Virus record (IMG/VR): IMGVR_UViG_3300020166_000031
Span: 1-52,342 of that record
Reading direction: 5' to 3' (one strand)
DNA from: a virus
Taxonomy: Duplodnaviria > Caudoviricetes
DNA: 52,342 nt
Shown here: positions 1-9,775 of the stretch, piece by piece
How positions within the stretch are numbered: the stretch's first letter is position 1
Layout of the letters: every line of letters starts with the position of its first letter
Notes under the pieces: model-generated
What the model was told of the DNA's origin: nothing
The model's database searches: none
What the model saw: only the letters and a program-made list of their open reading frames with translations
Program-made: the position numbers and the translations under genes

Positions 1-795
1 AGATGCGGTGGTGTTAGAATTTAATACCTGATAGCCAACACCTACGTTGTTTGAACCAGTCGTATTTGTTCCAATACTTTCATATCCAATACCGACATTA
101 TAATTACCCGTTGTATTATTAAAAATTGAAAATGAGCCAACAGCAGTATTTCTAATCCCTTCTGTAAGGTCTGTTAATGATTGATTACCAATAGCAGTAT
201 TGTAAGAACCGCTTGTTAAACTATCCAACGCAGTATCACCCAACGCTACGTTATCTGTACCAACAGGATAGTTCCCGTCTAGCTTGATCGTGCCGCCGTC
301 TACTGAAACATTACCTGCAACTGTAAGGCCGTCTGTTACGGCTGTGCCTGTTACGTCAACGCCTGTTGAGGTTGTGGCTAGTTTAAGACTGCCTCCACCT
401 GACCTAATTAAAAGTTCACCATCTGCTGATAATATAAACTGATTAGTATCAGTACTTATAGAACCATGAGATGATGCATTATTAAAAAACTGTACAAGAG
501 GCCCATGTCCTGCAGAGTTCTTGTGAAATTGAGTTACAGAGTTTGCACCAAGTTGTTTTATCTGCAAAGGGTTAGAAGATAAATCAATGTTATTACCAGT
601 TGTTTGACTATGATAAATCTGTAGATCATCTGAATCACCTAGACGTATCTTTACGTTATCACCTGCGTCTATGTTACCAGTAAAAGTGGGACTAGCCGTA
701 GGTGCTGCACCAACGACTTCCGCAACTGAAATCTGACCATCGGCTAGTTCAGCATTATCAGATATTAAATTGGCTAATGTACGTGCCTTACTCAT
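1..795 (-). CDS. Tail fibre/spike protein, N-terminal part (runs off window start)
   Basis: Manual translation from ATG at 795 (MSKARTLANLISDNAELADGQI...) is open to base 1 and ends in NTAVG/NNVGVG beta-helix-type repeats like those in 50684-52342. It is absent from the ORF track because it has no stop. Confidence 0.85.
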   Translation of the reverse strand, partial: MSKARTLANLISDNAELADGQISVAEVVGAAPTASPTFTGNIDAGDNVKIRLGDSDDLQIYHSQTTGNNIDLSSNPLQIKQLGANSVTQFHKNSAGHGPLVQFFNNASSHGSISTDTNQFILSADGELLIRSGGGSLKLATTSTGVDVTGTAVTDGLTVAGNVSVDGGTIKLDGNYPVGTDNVALGDTALDSLTSGSYNTAIGNQSLTDLTEGIRNTAVGSFSIFNNTTGNYNVGIGYESIGTNTTGSNNVGVGYQVLNSNTTAS

Positions 796-820
796 TGTGG
801 CTAATCCCTCTTATTATTAT

Positions 821-1048
821 TTAAGCTGCTTCTTCTACTGGTGGTGTTTCCAGTGATGTAGCAAGCATTTTTACGAAAGCTTCTCTACCAATGCCTAGCT
901 GATCTAGATTAAATTGCGTTGTAGAAAGCTTCCGATCTAAGTCGGTGATATGGTTGATCATAGTCTTTTGCTGATCAGTCATACCTTCAATTTCGTATTC
1001 TTTATCATTTACCGTTATAGTTGGGTTTTTTTCTGTTTTTCCCATCAT
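821..1048 (-). CDS. Small tail-region protein (coiled-coil, possible fibre chaperone)
   Basis: 75-aa ORF with AAGGAG RBS, between two fibre genes. Confidence 0.7.
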   Translation of the reverse strand: MMGKTEKNPTITVNDKEYEIEGMTDQQKTMINHITDLDRKLSTTQFNLDQLGIGREAFVKMLATSLETPPVEEAA

Positions 1049-1066
1049 AAACTCCTTTAGTTTTGG

Positions 1067-1348
1067 TTACGGGTTGGTTTGTGCATCCATTGCAGTCTGG
1101 TATGCAGTCTTAACTGCGCTTGTCCAAACAGCGTTACAGATAGCTTGCACTTCTGTGGACTGATCACTGATGTCAGTGTCACCCCATGTATCACCTGATT
1201 TAGTTGAGCAAGATAATGAGTGACGATGGAATGATCTACTGATCTCTGCTCCATCTCTGGCTATCACTGTAGCTGTACGAACTTGCACATGCTTGTGATC
1301 TCCAACGACTTCAATCTTATCTTCTACTTGTGTTTCTGTTAGTGCCAT
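1067..1348 (-). CDS. Tail-fibre-associated small protein
   Basis: 93-aa ORF with AAGGAGG RBS directly downstream of the fibre gene. Confidence 0.75.
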   Translation of the reverse strand: MALTETQVEDKIEVVGDHKHVQVRTATVIARDGAEISRSFHRHSLSCSTKSGDTWGDTDISDQSTEVQAICNAVWTSAVKTAYQTAMDAQTNP

Positions 1349-1409
1349 ATTGGCCTCCTTTGTTTATCGTGGCTTTATTGCCACCTGTCCGACCCAATCT
1401 CTGAGTGGG

Positions 1410-4400
1410 TTATGATGCTTGATAAGTTACAATTCCACGCATACTTGCTGCACCTGTTCCAAGTCCTATTGAACCCTTGTTCCCAAAGCTAAAATCTACT
1501 GCTCCATTACCATTCCAGAGCCAAGAAGACGTTCCTGATATATCAAGTAATAAATTTAAGTTATTAGGATTATTTGTACCAAAAGGTACTGCCCCTCCTG
1601 TACCAGCAAAAGGGAATCCTGAAATCCTAAGAGCGCCTGACGCATTCAATGTAGAAAAATTGGAGTTATTATAGTTATTAATTCTGACCTGTACTATTCT
1701 TCCAACTTTGGTGTAATACGCAGTACCTAAACTTATAGAACCCCCTACGTTATCATGCAAAGTAGGAGTCCAAGTCCCCTCTTCATAATCACTCAACTTA
1801 TTAGCCGACCCAGTGCCACCGAGGTATACACCGCCGCCAAGGTAGAGGTCTTTGAAGCGGTAATTTGCTGCACCTAACGATTCTGTTCCATTAGAAACAG
1901 CAGAAGTTTGGTCAGTTGGATAAATAGCGTTAGTAGTAAAATGTAGACCAGAACCGTCTGAACCTTCCCTAAAAACAGTTTGTGTTACAACTTTATTAGT
2001 ATAAGCCAAGCCTGATAGGTAGAGGTCTTTGAAGCGGTGAGTAGAAAGACCTAAATCAGTTGTAGCATCTTGAATGCTAGTACTGTTAGATGTTGGCGCA
2101 ATATATCCGTTACCAAATCGTAAACCTTTATGCCCAGAAGCACTAGCAAAAACATTAAGGTCACCGTCAACAGTCCCAATACTACCTACAGTTGTGTCGT
2201 CTTTGCGGAAGTCTACAATTTCACCATCTGATGTTTTTCTATTGAATCTAGCTGTAGGAGCAGAACTTGCTGTAGCATACACTTGACCTGTAGAAGTTAA
2301 TTCAGCACCTACTGTAAATAAGTTACTTCCAGTCTTACCCACCAACACGTTGCCTGACGAATCCAGTCTCATACGTTCTGCTGGTGACGACTGACCATTG
2401 GTCTTTGTCCAAAATTGCATCTCAGATGGAACAGTACCATCCCCATTGGCAATAATTGCAGATGTTTTGGTGTATGGGCTACCACCGTCACTCTGATAGC
2501 TTATTAACTCCAAGGCGGCTCTTGCTGAGTACGATGTTATATCAGCAGTATTACCAGAGTTAAAGGTTGCAAATGCGGAAGAAGCACCTGTACCACTCAA
2601 AGTTAAAGGCGCACTAGGCGAACTCGTCCCAATGCCTAAGCTCTCCGCACTCGCATCCCAGAAGAACTTAGCAGTAGTACCTGTGTCCTCGTAGAAGCTG
2701 ATGTCGCCGTTGCCAGCTATACCTAATCGCTTATTTGTGGCGGTGTAAAAATCAAGATTATCTCCTGAATGCGTGTAAGTAATTTGACCTTGTTTAGTTG
2801 CCGATGTTGAGTCACCAAAGTTTATACCTCCAGTAGCTGATGAGCTAATAGTTATTCCGACATCAGCACCACGAATAATTAAGTCGTCCGCATTTGAATC
2901 AGCCCACGCTGTAGAACCAGTATTTACTAACAGTGAAGTGGTCTGTGAAGAACCATCCACAGTCAGCCCATCAGAAGTCACTGTGCCAGTTATATCAAGA
3001 TTACCTGTATGTGTTGGCTGAACATAACGTGCATCTGATGCAGTTCTTGTATAATGATCTGCTAATTCAAACGTACCATAAGCTACAATATCAACTACAT
3101 CATTTACTGATGCACCTGATGCTAATGTAATGCTTGTACCATTTGTAGCTGTGAAGTCTGTGCCAGATAGTAGTTTAACACCATTAAGGAATACATCAAT
3201 ATAGCCAGTATCATATGTAGCGGCGAATACAGTTTGACCTGCTGTAGCTGTATATGTGTTACGTTCTGATGTACCATTAACTGCTGAACCTGCTGACTGC
3301 CATCCACCAGAACCGTATACGTTCATGATGTTAGTTGTGCTGTTGAAGTATAATGCACCTGTAATAAGTGCATCACCATCATTGTCTACAGTAGGAGCAG
3401 ATGATTTAGCACCTAAGTATCTATCATCAAAGTTATCATATGAAGCTGCCGCAGCATTCTGGCTAACCAAGGCCGCCGCCGCTGAATTAGCGGATGACGT
3501 TGCTGAAGTAGCCGCATTCGTTTCACTTGTAGCGGCATTCGTAGCTGATGTAGCGGCGGCAGTAGCTGAACCTAATATGCCATCTACATAAGTTTTATTA
3601 GTGACATCAGTACCAGCAGTAGGTGTAGCAAGACCAGTGATCTTATTGTTACCCATAGCTAATGCACCAGACATCGTATCGCCTGTCTTAGCTACCCGTG
3701 TATCTCTTTGTGCATCTGTATATGCTTTTGTAGATACATCTTGTGCTGATGTAGGATCACCTGCACCTGTAATCTTATTGGTACTCATTGCGATAGCACC
3801 TGTCATAGTGCCACCAGCTTTTGGCAGTTTAGTCGCAATAGAATTAGTTACAGTTGTGCTGAAGTCATCATCATCATTTAGAGCATCAGCTAGTTCACCT
3901 AGTGTATCAAGACCTGCACCTGCATCACCAATCAGAGTAGATATTTCATCGTCTACATACTTTTTAGTGGCGGCATCAAGGTCAGAACTAGGTGCTGTTA
4001 GATTAGTAATAGTAGCAGATGTACCAGCATTCATATTAAGATTGCCGTTGACCACTACGTTAGTAAATGTAGATGTACCAGAACCTGCGGTTACGTTACC
4101 TGTTAGGTTACCCGTGACATTACCTGTAACATTACCTGTATGTACCCCTGCAGTATTACCAGTTACGTTGCCAGTTAAGTTACCTGTGATACCACCCGAT
4201 GAAGACAGTGTAGTAAATGCACCAGTGGATGCTGTTGATGCCCCAACTGTAGCGCCGTCTATAGAGCCACCATTAATGTCAGCAGAGGCTAGGGTAGCCT
4301 GACCTGATGTAGACAGCGTTGTGAAGCTACCTGTGGCTGCTGTAGATGCACCTATAATAGTACCATCTATGTTACCGCCGTTAATGTCTACAGTAGCAAG

Positions 4401-5123
4401 TGTTGATGTACCAGAAGCTCCTAGTGTAGTGAATGAGCCTGTGCTTGGAGTAGTTGCACCTAGTGCAGCACCATCTATCGTACCGCCATTAATATCCGCA
4501 GTAGCGGCTACTAAAGAAGTGTTAGCATTAAGTGTAGTGAATGTACCTGCCGCTGGTGTAGCTGAACCTATAACAGCATTATCAATAGCACCAGAATTTA
4601 GGTCTACTGATGTAATAGTTGTAGTGCCTACAAGTGTTGATGTACCTGTAACACTCAGGTTATTGTTTAGTGTAGCACTTGTAAATGTAGCAGATGTAGG
4701 TGATGAAGCACCGATGATAGTACCATCAATATTACCTGCATTAATATCTACAGTAGCTAGAGTAGCTGTGCCTTGTAAGTGTAAGTCTTTAAACTTAGCT
4801 GAAGTTGAACCTAAGTCAATGTCGTTAGTAGTAACTGGGAGTATAACACCATCCTGGAAACGCACTTGTTCTACAGCAGCTGAAGATACTTCTACGAATA
4901 CACCTACTGTATTATTGTTAGTGTTTATAGAAACTTTGTTTAATGCATCAACATCACCGATAAGAGGAATGTATCCACCTTCTCCTGTTGAACCATCATG
5001 CTTGTGTCCACTTGATACAGCAAATGCATCACGGAGTTTGTTATACTCAGCGTTAATAGGGGCTGCACGTAGTGTAGCTGTTGGTACTATGTCTGCTATA
5101 GACTGTCTTACGTAACCTGCCAA
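1410..5123 (-). CDS. Long tail fibre protein
   Basis: G/T/A-rich repeats (DINGGxIDG, GNVTGN, DAATKxYVD, RFKDLYL) and C-terminal YEEGTWTP...YTKVGR module. Start moved to TTG at 5123 behind an AGGAG RBS (track start 5150). Confidence 0.88.
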   Translation of the reverse strand: MAGYVRQSIADIVPTATLRAAPINAEYNKLRDAFAVSSGHKHDGSTGEGGYIPLIGDVDALNKVSINTNNNTVGVFVEVSSAAVEQVRFQDGVILPVTTNDIDLGSTSAKFKDLHLQGTATLATVDINAGNIDGTIIGASSPTSATFTSATLNNNLSVTGTSTLVGTTTITSVDLNSGAIDNAVIGSATPAAGTFTTLNANTSLVAATADINGGTIDGAALGATTPSTGSFTTLGASGTSTLATVDINGGNIDGTIIGASTAATGSFTTLSTSGQATLASADINGGSIDGATVGASTASTGAFTTLSSSGGITGNLTGNVTGNTAGVHTGNVTGNVTGNLTGNVTAGSGTSTFTNVVVNGNLNMNAGTSATITNLTAPSSDLDAATKKYVDDEISTLIGDAGAGLDTLGELADALNDDDDFSTTVTNSIATKLPKAGGTMTGAIAMSTNKITGAGDPTSAQDVSTKAYTDAQRDTRVAKTGDTMSGALAMGNNKITGLATPTAGTDVTNKTYVDGILGSATAAATSATNAATSETNAATSATSSANSAAAALVSQNAAAASYDNFDDRYLGAKSSAPTVDNDGDALITGALYFNSTTNIMNVYGSGGWQSAGSAVNGTSERNTYTATAGQTVFAATYDTGYIDVFLNGVKLLSGTDFTATNGTSITLASGASVNDVVDIVAYGTFELADHYTRTASDARYVQPTHTGNLDITGTVTSDGLTVDGSSQTTSLLVNTGSTAWADSNADDLIIRGADVGITISSSATGGINFGDSTSATKQGQITYTHSGDNLDFYTATNKRLGIAGNGDISFYEDTGTTAKFFWDASAESLGIGTSSPSAPLTLSGTGASSAFATFNSGNTADITSYSARAALELISYQSDGGSPYTKTSAIIANGDGTVPSEMQFWTKTNGQSSPAERMRLDSSGNVLVGKTGSNLFTVGAELTSTGQVYATASSAPTARFNRKTSDGEIVDFRKDDTTVGSIGTVDGDLNVFASASGHKGLRFGNGYIAPTSNSTSIQDATTDLGLSTHRFKDLYLSGLAYTNKVVTQTVFREGSDGSGLHFTTNAIYPTDQTSAVSNGTESLGAANYRFKDLYLGGGVYLGGTGSANKLSDYEEGTWTPTLHDNVGGSISLGTAYYTKVGRIVQVRINNYNNSNFSTLNASGALRISGFPFAGTGGAVPFGTNNPNNLNLLLDISGTSSWLWNGNGAVDFSFGNKGSIGLGTGAASMRGIVTYQAS

Positions 5124-5127
5124 AGTA

Positions 5128-6669
5128 TCATCTCCTGTCGGCTGTCTCATACGTCAAGGCTATTGCCTGTATAGTATGACTTGCGTTTGTATTGTTGGTA
5201 ACATAATTTACTGAAACAGAGTTACCTGATCCTGATATGTTGGTAAGAGTTTTAGGTGATGGGTTACCATCGTATATACCACCTGCTCCATATATAGCCG
5301 TACCATAAACTGAAGCCGCACCCTCCGTGCTAAACTCATAGTTTGTTGGATTTACTGTATTTGTATCATCATAGTCGTAGGATACACCAACAAAAACTTC
5401 TGTGTTACCCTCGGACTTAAGATATGTATTTACTTTATGTACTACCTTACGTACCTCTGGATCTTGCATATAAAAGTAAGGTGTTTGGTATAAACTAAAT
5501 ATATCTCCACCTTCAAAACTATTACCTCTTTCTTGACGATGTACTTTACCTGATCCATCACCATGTATTACATGTTCAAATTGTCCTATGTAACCACTAT
5601 CTACACAATTAGCTTCTATACCAATCAACTGGCTATACTCAAAGATACTCTGTTTATTCTGACTCTTACGTATACCACCTATCAAAGATAGAGATGAATC
5701 ATTCTTAAAGAAGAATCTAAACTGTGACTTTTTTCTTAGTACAACAATACTAATGTCTTCAATTTGTTCTGATAAATAATAGTTATCAAATATAGACTGT
5801 ATTTCTTTAGATACAGTAGCAAGTTCAACATCACCTATTTTATCAGTACCAGATATAGGACGTATACCATCAGGACCTAAGAATAATAAGTCACCACCAA
5901 ACTCTACCACAGAATCAGGTGCAAGGCAACCCATATTTGATGTAACATTTTCTAGTGTAAAGTTAGCCGCATTATTACCTATCAGTCTTTTGATATTATT
6001 AGCACCAAAGATGTATAACTGGTTACGGAACTTTTTAATAGCTGTTATAGTATAACCTACGTTAATAACACCAGCACCATTAGCAGGGCTGAAGTCAGAA
6101 TGGTTTAGTGGAGCACTAAAGTATATATTGTAAGGCTCAGATGAATCACCGCACAAGAATATATGAGATGCAAACTCTTCAGAGTACTTAGGGTTATTTG
6201 GAGCTTGTGCATGTGTTATCTGTGAATATGCAGTACCATTATATGTAGCTGCAGGATTTACACCATCAGTAAGAAGCATCACTTCACCTGACCAGTTAAA
6301 GCTAGTAAATCTTACTTTACTAACATTGGTCATGTCAGGGTTACCAGCTTCGGGTATAGCTACCCAAGAATCATTGGAGTCCTGCCATTTATACAAGTAG
6401 TCATGCCCTGATGTAGGTTTTCTACATGCAAATATACCATCGTCTAAGTTACCATTTACTGCTACACCTAGTACAGCACCTGTACCGGGAACAGTACCAT
6501 AGTCATTAGCATACCCACTAATACGACGATACCCACCAGCTAGGGCAGGTTCATAGTTTATCATACGTATAGCACTACCTGATAGGTTTGAAGCTTGGGT
6601 CAAGGGATCAACATTAGTGATCAACCCTCCAGCACAAACTGACAGGTATGTATTTAGTTTATCTACCAT
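5128..6669 (-). CDS. Tail/head-closure protein (tail tubular B / P22 gp10-like)
   Basis: 513 aa, beta-rich, positioned after the adaptor and before the fibre. Confidence 0.65.
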   Translation of the reverse strand: MVDKLNTYLSVCAGGLITNVDPLTQASNLSGSAIRMINYEPALAGGYRRISGYANDYGTVPGTGAVLGVAVNGNLDDGIFACRKPTSGHDYLYKWQDSNDSWVAIPEAGNPDMTNVSKVRFTSFNWSGEVMLLTDGVNPAATYNGTAYSQITHAQAPNNPKYSEEFASHIFLCGDSSEPYNIYFSAPLNHSDFSPANGAGVINVGYTITAIKKFRNQLYIFGANNIKRLIGNNAANFTLENVTSNMGCLAPDSVVEFGGDLLFLGPDGIRPISGTDKIGDVELATVSKEIQSIFDNYYLSEQIEDISIVVLRKKSQFRFFFKNDSSLSLIGGIRKSQNKQSIFEYSQLIGIEANCVDSGYIGQFEHVIHGDGSGKVHRQERGNSFEGGDIFSLYQTPYFYMQDPEVRKVVHKVNTYLKSEGNTEVFVGVSYDYDDTNTVNPTNYEFSTEGAASVYGTAIYGAGGIYDGNPSPKTLTNISGSGNSVSVNYVTNNTNASHTIQAIALTYETADRR

Positions 6670-7380
6670 CTAGACATCATTCTTATAGAAAGAGTTACCC
6701 ATTCTGTTTATTACAGTAGACCTTAGGTAGTCCTTAGTATCTACTAATAGTCTACGCATAGTCTTTATACCTTTTTTAAACTTATCGGCGTGTAGCTGTG
6801 CAGACTGTTCATTAGATCTAAAGTGCATTAAGTACATCATAGCACCATCAAGTACTACATGTCTAAATCTATCTGGTATTATACAAGTGTCCGTGCTTAA
6901 TGTTAGGTCTGCAGGAAACTTCCAGTAGCTGTATTCTATAACATAAGCAGCATCAGGGGGAGGTGTAACTCCAAACTTAGTACTCTGTGTTTTATATACT
7001 GTAGTAGGTTTACCATGACCACTTACACCAGCTACATCATCTATGCTTCTCTTCTCGGATACATAACTTTCGTAAGAAATACTAGGTAGATGTGTTGGCT
7101 GGGCAGACTGTGCACTTGTTAGATAAAAGGTTTCCCAATCAGCTTTTGAATAATCAGCAGGGAATTCATACGTGCTAGTACCAGAAGCTAGTGTGTGTTC
7201 ATATGTTACTAAAGTGAAAGGCCACTCTTGTGCATCTTGTAATATTTCACGTATAGAAGAATTAACAGCATCTTTAGCTAGAGACTGAACGTTTTTAGTT
7301 GTAGTAAAATCTGCTTCACTAATTTCGACTTCGTTAAGACGACGAAGTAATTCGTTCACTAAGTTTATATAAGTCGCCAT
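6670..7380 (-). CDS. Head-tail adaptor (tail tubular A-like)
   Basis: N-terminal YINLVNELLRRLNE, WPF, and PPPDAAY motifs; follows the major capsid gene. Confidence 0.7.
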   Translation of the reverse strand: MATYINLVNELLRRLNEVEISEADFTTTKNVQSLAKDAVNSSIREILQDAQEWPFTLVTYEHTLASGTSTYEFPADYSKADWETFYLTSAQSAQPTHLPSISYESYVSEKRSIDDVAGVSGHGKPTTVYKTQSTKFGVTPPPDAAYVIEYSYWKFPADLTLSTDTCIIPDRFRHVVLDGAMMYLMHFRSNEQSAQLHADKFKKGIKTMRRLLVDTKDYLRSTVINRMGNSFYKNDV

Positions 7381-7410
7381 GTTAATTCCTACAGAATTTC
7401 AAATGTGTAT

Positions 7411-7436
7411 AAAGGGGCCAGTACAAAACCAGCCCC
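7411..7436 (-). terminator. Probable intrinsic terminator after the capsid gene
   Basis: GGGGCTGG-N7-CTGGCCCC followed by TTT on the minus strand. Confidence 0.65.
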
Positions 7437-7450
7437 AATATTAAGTTTTA

Positions 7451-8518
7451 TTACGCAGCGTTGTAGTGCGCTGTGACTAATGCTTCTGGGCGAAGAATCT
7501 TGCGCCCGTAAAGATGCATACCGCGAACAATGTCAGCGAATGAATCTGGGTCACGATAGTTCTCAACCTTGTTGATCTGCTCAGCAGATGCAACTGCATC
7601 GTCTTGTCCAGCTACGATAACACCAAAGTTTACGTCTTGTGCTAGTGCACCAGAAGTTCCAGCACCTGTACCCTTAGCAGGTAAAGAGTTGGATTGGTAA
7701 ATACGGAAGCCGTGTAGGTTGTTTAAGACCAAGCCGTTTTGTAGACCTGCTCCACCGAAGTCAGCATTCAACATACGTGAATCTTCGTCTTTGAGCATCT
7801 CAATAAATACCGGGTCTAATACCAGCCATCTACCTCTTGAATCAACATTTGCTGTATCCATCTGACGTGCCATACGAGCAACCACTGTCAAAGGTGAAAC
7901 AGTCGCTGTAGACAACGCTGTTGCGCCTGGAAGACGTGGAGCCAATGGGATTGAATCACCAGCAGCATATGCTGTTGAAGCAGAGTCAGCAGAACCCAAT
8001 GAACCGAAGTCCGTTGCGTCCAAATGGTTAGCAGTTAAAAATTCACCTGTTAGGTTACCAGCTGTGTCGTGCTGTGCATCACCTGATGTTGCGGTAATAA
8101 AAGCACCTGCAGTTGTGTGACCTGACATGTATGATAGAATGTCTGCATCCATTGAGTCAGCCATCTTAAACGCTGCACGGTCAGCAGCTAGGCTAACGTA
8201 GTCAACATTTGAGAATTGGTCCTCGATGTCATCCATCTTGAACGCAAAGTAGTTAGCTTTGTCAATAGTCAAAGAGAAGTCTTCATCATTCAACTTTTCA
8301 ACAGAGATAGCTGTGTGACGCTCAAGAGCGTTTACAGTTACATCTGGTTCTTTTTGAATGCGAACAACGTCGCCTTGGTTTGCAATCTCACCAAAGTAAG
8401 AGTTATTAGTGATTGCGTTAGCTACAGCTGCACGACGAAGTGCGATCTGTGCTTGTTTTGAGTAGATAATCGGGGAAAAGTTTCCGTTAAATCCACCACT
8501 TGCGGAAGTAATAGCCAT
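7451..8518 (-). CDS. Major capsid protein
   Basis: 355 aa; FSPIIYSK, GDVVRI, and RDPDSFADIVRGMHLYGRKILRPEAL motifs; AAGGAG RBS. Confidence 0.92.
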   Translation of the reverse strand: MAITSASGGFNGNFSPIIYSKQAQIALRRAAVANAITNNSYFGEIANQGDVVRIQKEPDVTVNALERHTAISVEKLNDEDFSLTIDKANYFAFKMDDIEDQFSNVDYVSLAADRAAFKMADSMDADILSYMSGHTTAGAFITATSGDAQHDTAGNLTGEFLTANHLDATDFGSLGSADSASTAYAAGDSIPLAPRLPGATALSTATVSPLTVVARMARQMDTANVDSRGRWLVLDPVFIEMLKDEDSRMLNADFGGAGLQNGLVLNNLHGFRIYQSNSLPAKGTGAGTSGALAQDVNFGVIVAGQDDAVASAEQINKVENYRDPDSFADIVRGMHLYGRKILRPEALVTAHYNAA

Positions 8519-8733
8519 TGTGTAATCTCCTTATAGATATGGCGTGACATTATACGCTTCATACCAACTAAAGAGGCTCTTACTATTAGGGTAGTCAGCT
8601 TTGCTTTTGGGATCGCCATCCTTTGAGCGCTGGGCCTTTAGTCCGAGGTAGTTCTTTTTCTTGGATAGAGCTTAGTTATAAGCATGTGCAGTACAGGGAA
8701 CAAATCCAAAAACCCTCACTGCACATGCCTCTA

Positions 8734-8761
8734 GTTGTACACATCTTTTAACAGATGTCAA
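8734..8761 (-). promoter_or_regulatory. Sigma70-like promoter for the capsid gene
   Basis: TTGACA-N16-TACAAC(T). Confidence 0.6.
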
Positions 8762-9709
8762 CTATTTCTTTGATAAATCGTAAATAAATTTACCTTTACG
8801 TTGAGCGTCCATTATTTCTTCTTGACGCTTTTCGTATTCTTTAATGCTCATCTTAGCAATTTGTGACTCACGTAAGTAAGATGAACTGTCGTCTGACTCT
8901 GGTGCAGCTGAGCGTTTACTCTTTATAGAACTCGCTGCGCCTTTATCAGATGAATTAGCTTTCTTTGTAGAGATACCATTGTCAGCTTTGTACAAGTCAA
9001 TAACGCGAGATACAGATTTAGCATCGTCTACATTCTCGTATAAAGCATCCTGTACCCACTTAGGTTGATTGTCTGCCCATGTGTGGAAAGCATCGTCTTC
9101 CCTAATAGATACAAAGTCAGGGTGCATATGCACTAACTCAGCCTCAGCTTTTTCTCGCTTTGCACTAGAGCGTAACTCTTCTATCTCAGCAAGCCTAGCA
9201 TCTAGAGTAGATGACTTCTTATCAGCTTCTTTTGCTGCAATAGCTTCTACAATACCTGCAACATCTGGGAACTTCTTAGCCCAAGCTTCAATCTCTTCTT
9301 CTGACTTAGGAAGCACAAGCTCATTCTTTGTTGCAAGATCCAGTTGTTTCTCTAGCTTGTCAAGCTTAGCAGTAAAGTCTTTCTCTTTATCCTGCATGTG
9401 TCGGCGTAGATCACCATACCGTTTCTTGAAGTTTTTCTCTTCACCACTTAACTCAGCATCGTCTTCTTGTGCTTCACCTTCGGGTTCTTCTTCTTGTTCG
9501 GTACTACTCTCTGTCTGAACTTTGGGTTCGACAGGATCTTCGCTACTGGGTTTCGCCTCAACAGCTTCTTCTGTTTCATCTGTCTCGCCACGTGCTTGCT
9601 TTAGCAGTGCCTCTAGTTCTTCTTGATCACGCTTAACACGTGCATCATTTCTTTGATGTGAAGCCGATGTAGTTTTAATCGGCGTAGTTTCTTGTGGCTC
9701 TTGTATCAT
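8762..9709 (-). CDS. Capsid scaffolding protein
   Basis: Acidic coiled-coil with FKKRYGDLRRH motif, directly upstream of the capsid gene. Confidence 0.75.
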   Translation of the reverse strand: MIQEPQETTPIKTTSASHQRNDARVKRDQEELEALLKQARGETDETEEAVEAKPSSEDPVEPKVQTESSTEQEEEPEGEAQEDDAELSGEEKNFKKRYGDLRRHMQDKEKDFTAKLDKLEKQLDLATKNELVLPKSEEEIEAWAKKFPDVAGIVEAIAAKEADKKSSTLDARLAEIEELRSSAKREKAEAELVHMHPDFVSIREDDAFHTWADNQPKWVQDALYENVDDAKSVSRVIDLYKADNGISTKKANSSDKGAASSIKSKRSAAPESDDSSSYLRESQIAKMSIKEYEKRQEEIMDAQRKGKFIYDLSKK

Positions 9710-9775
9710 GTTGTACTCCTTATGATGGGGCCAGCCTAAGCTGGGTAGCCTTATTGTTATATGAAGTTTTTGTAG

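Noticed and set aside
1410-2400. Diversity-generating retroelement acting on the fibre tip
   Set aside because: No reverse transcriptase and no template/variable repeat pair with adenine-specific differences were seen.
3256-5115. Long plus-strand ORFs (111-264 aa)
   Set aside because: Antisense shadows of the repetitive tail-fibre gene, with no RBS or recognisable motifs.
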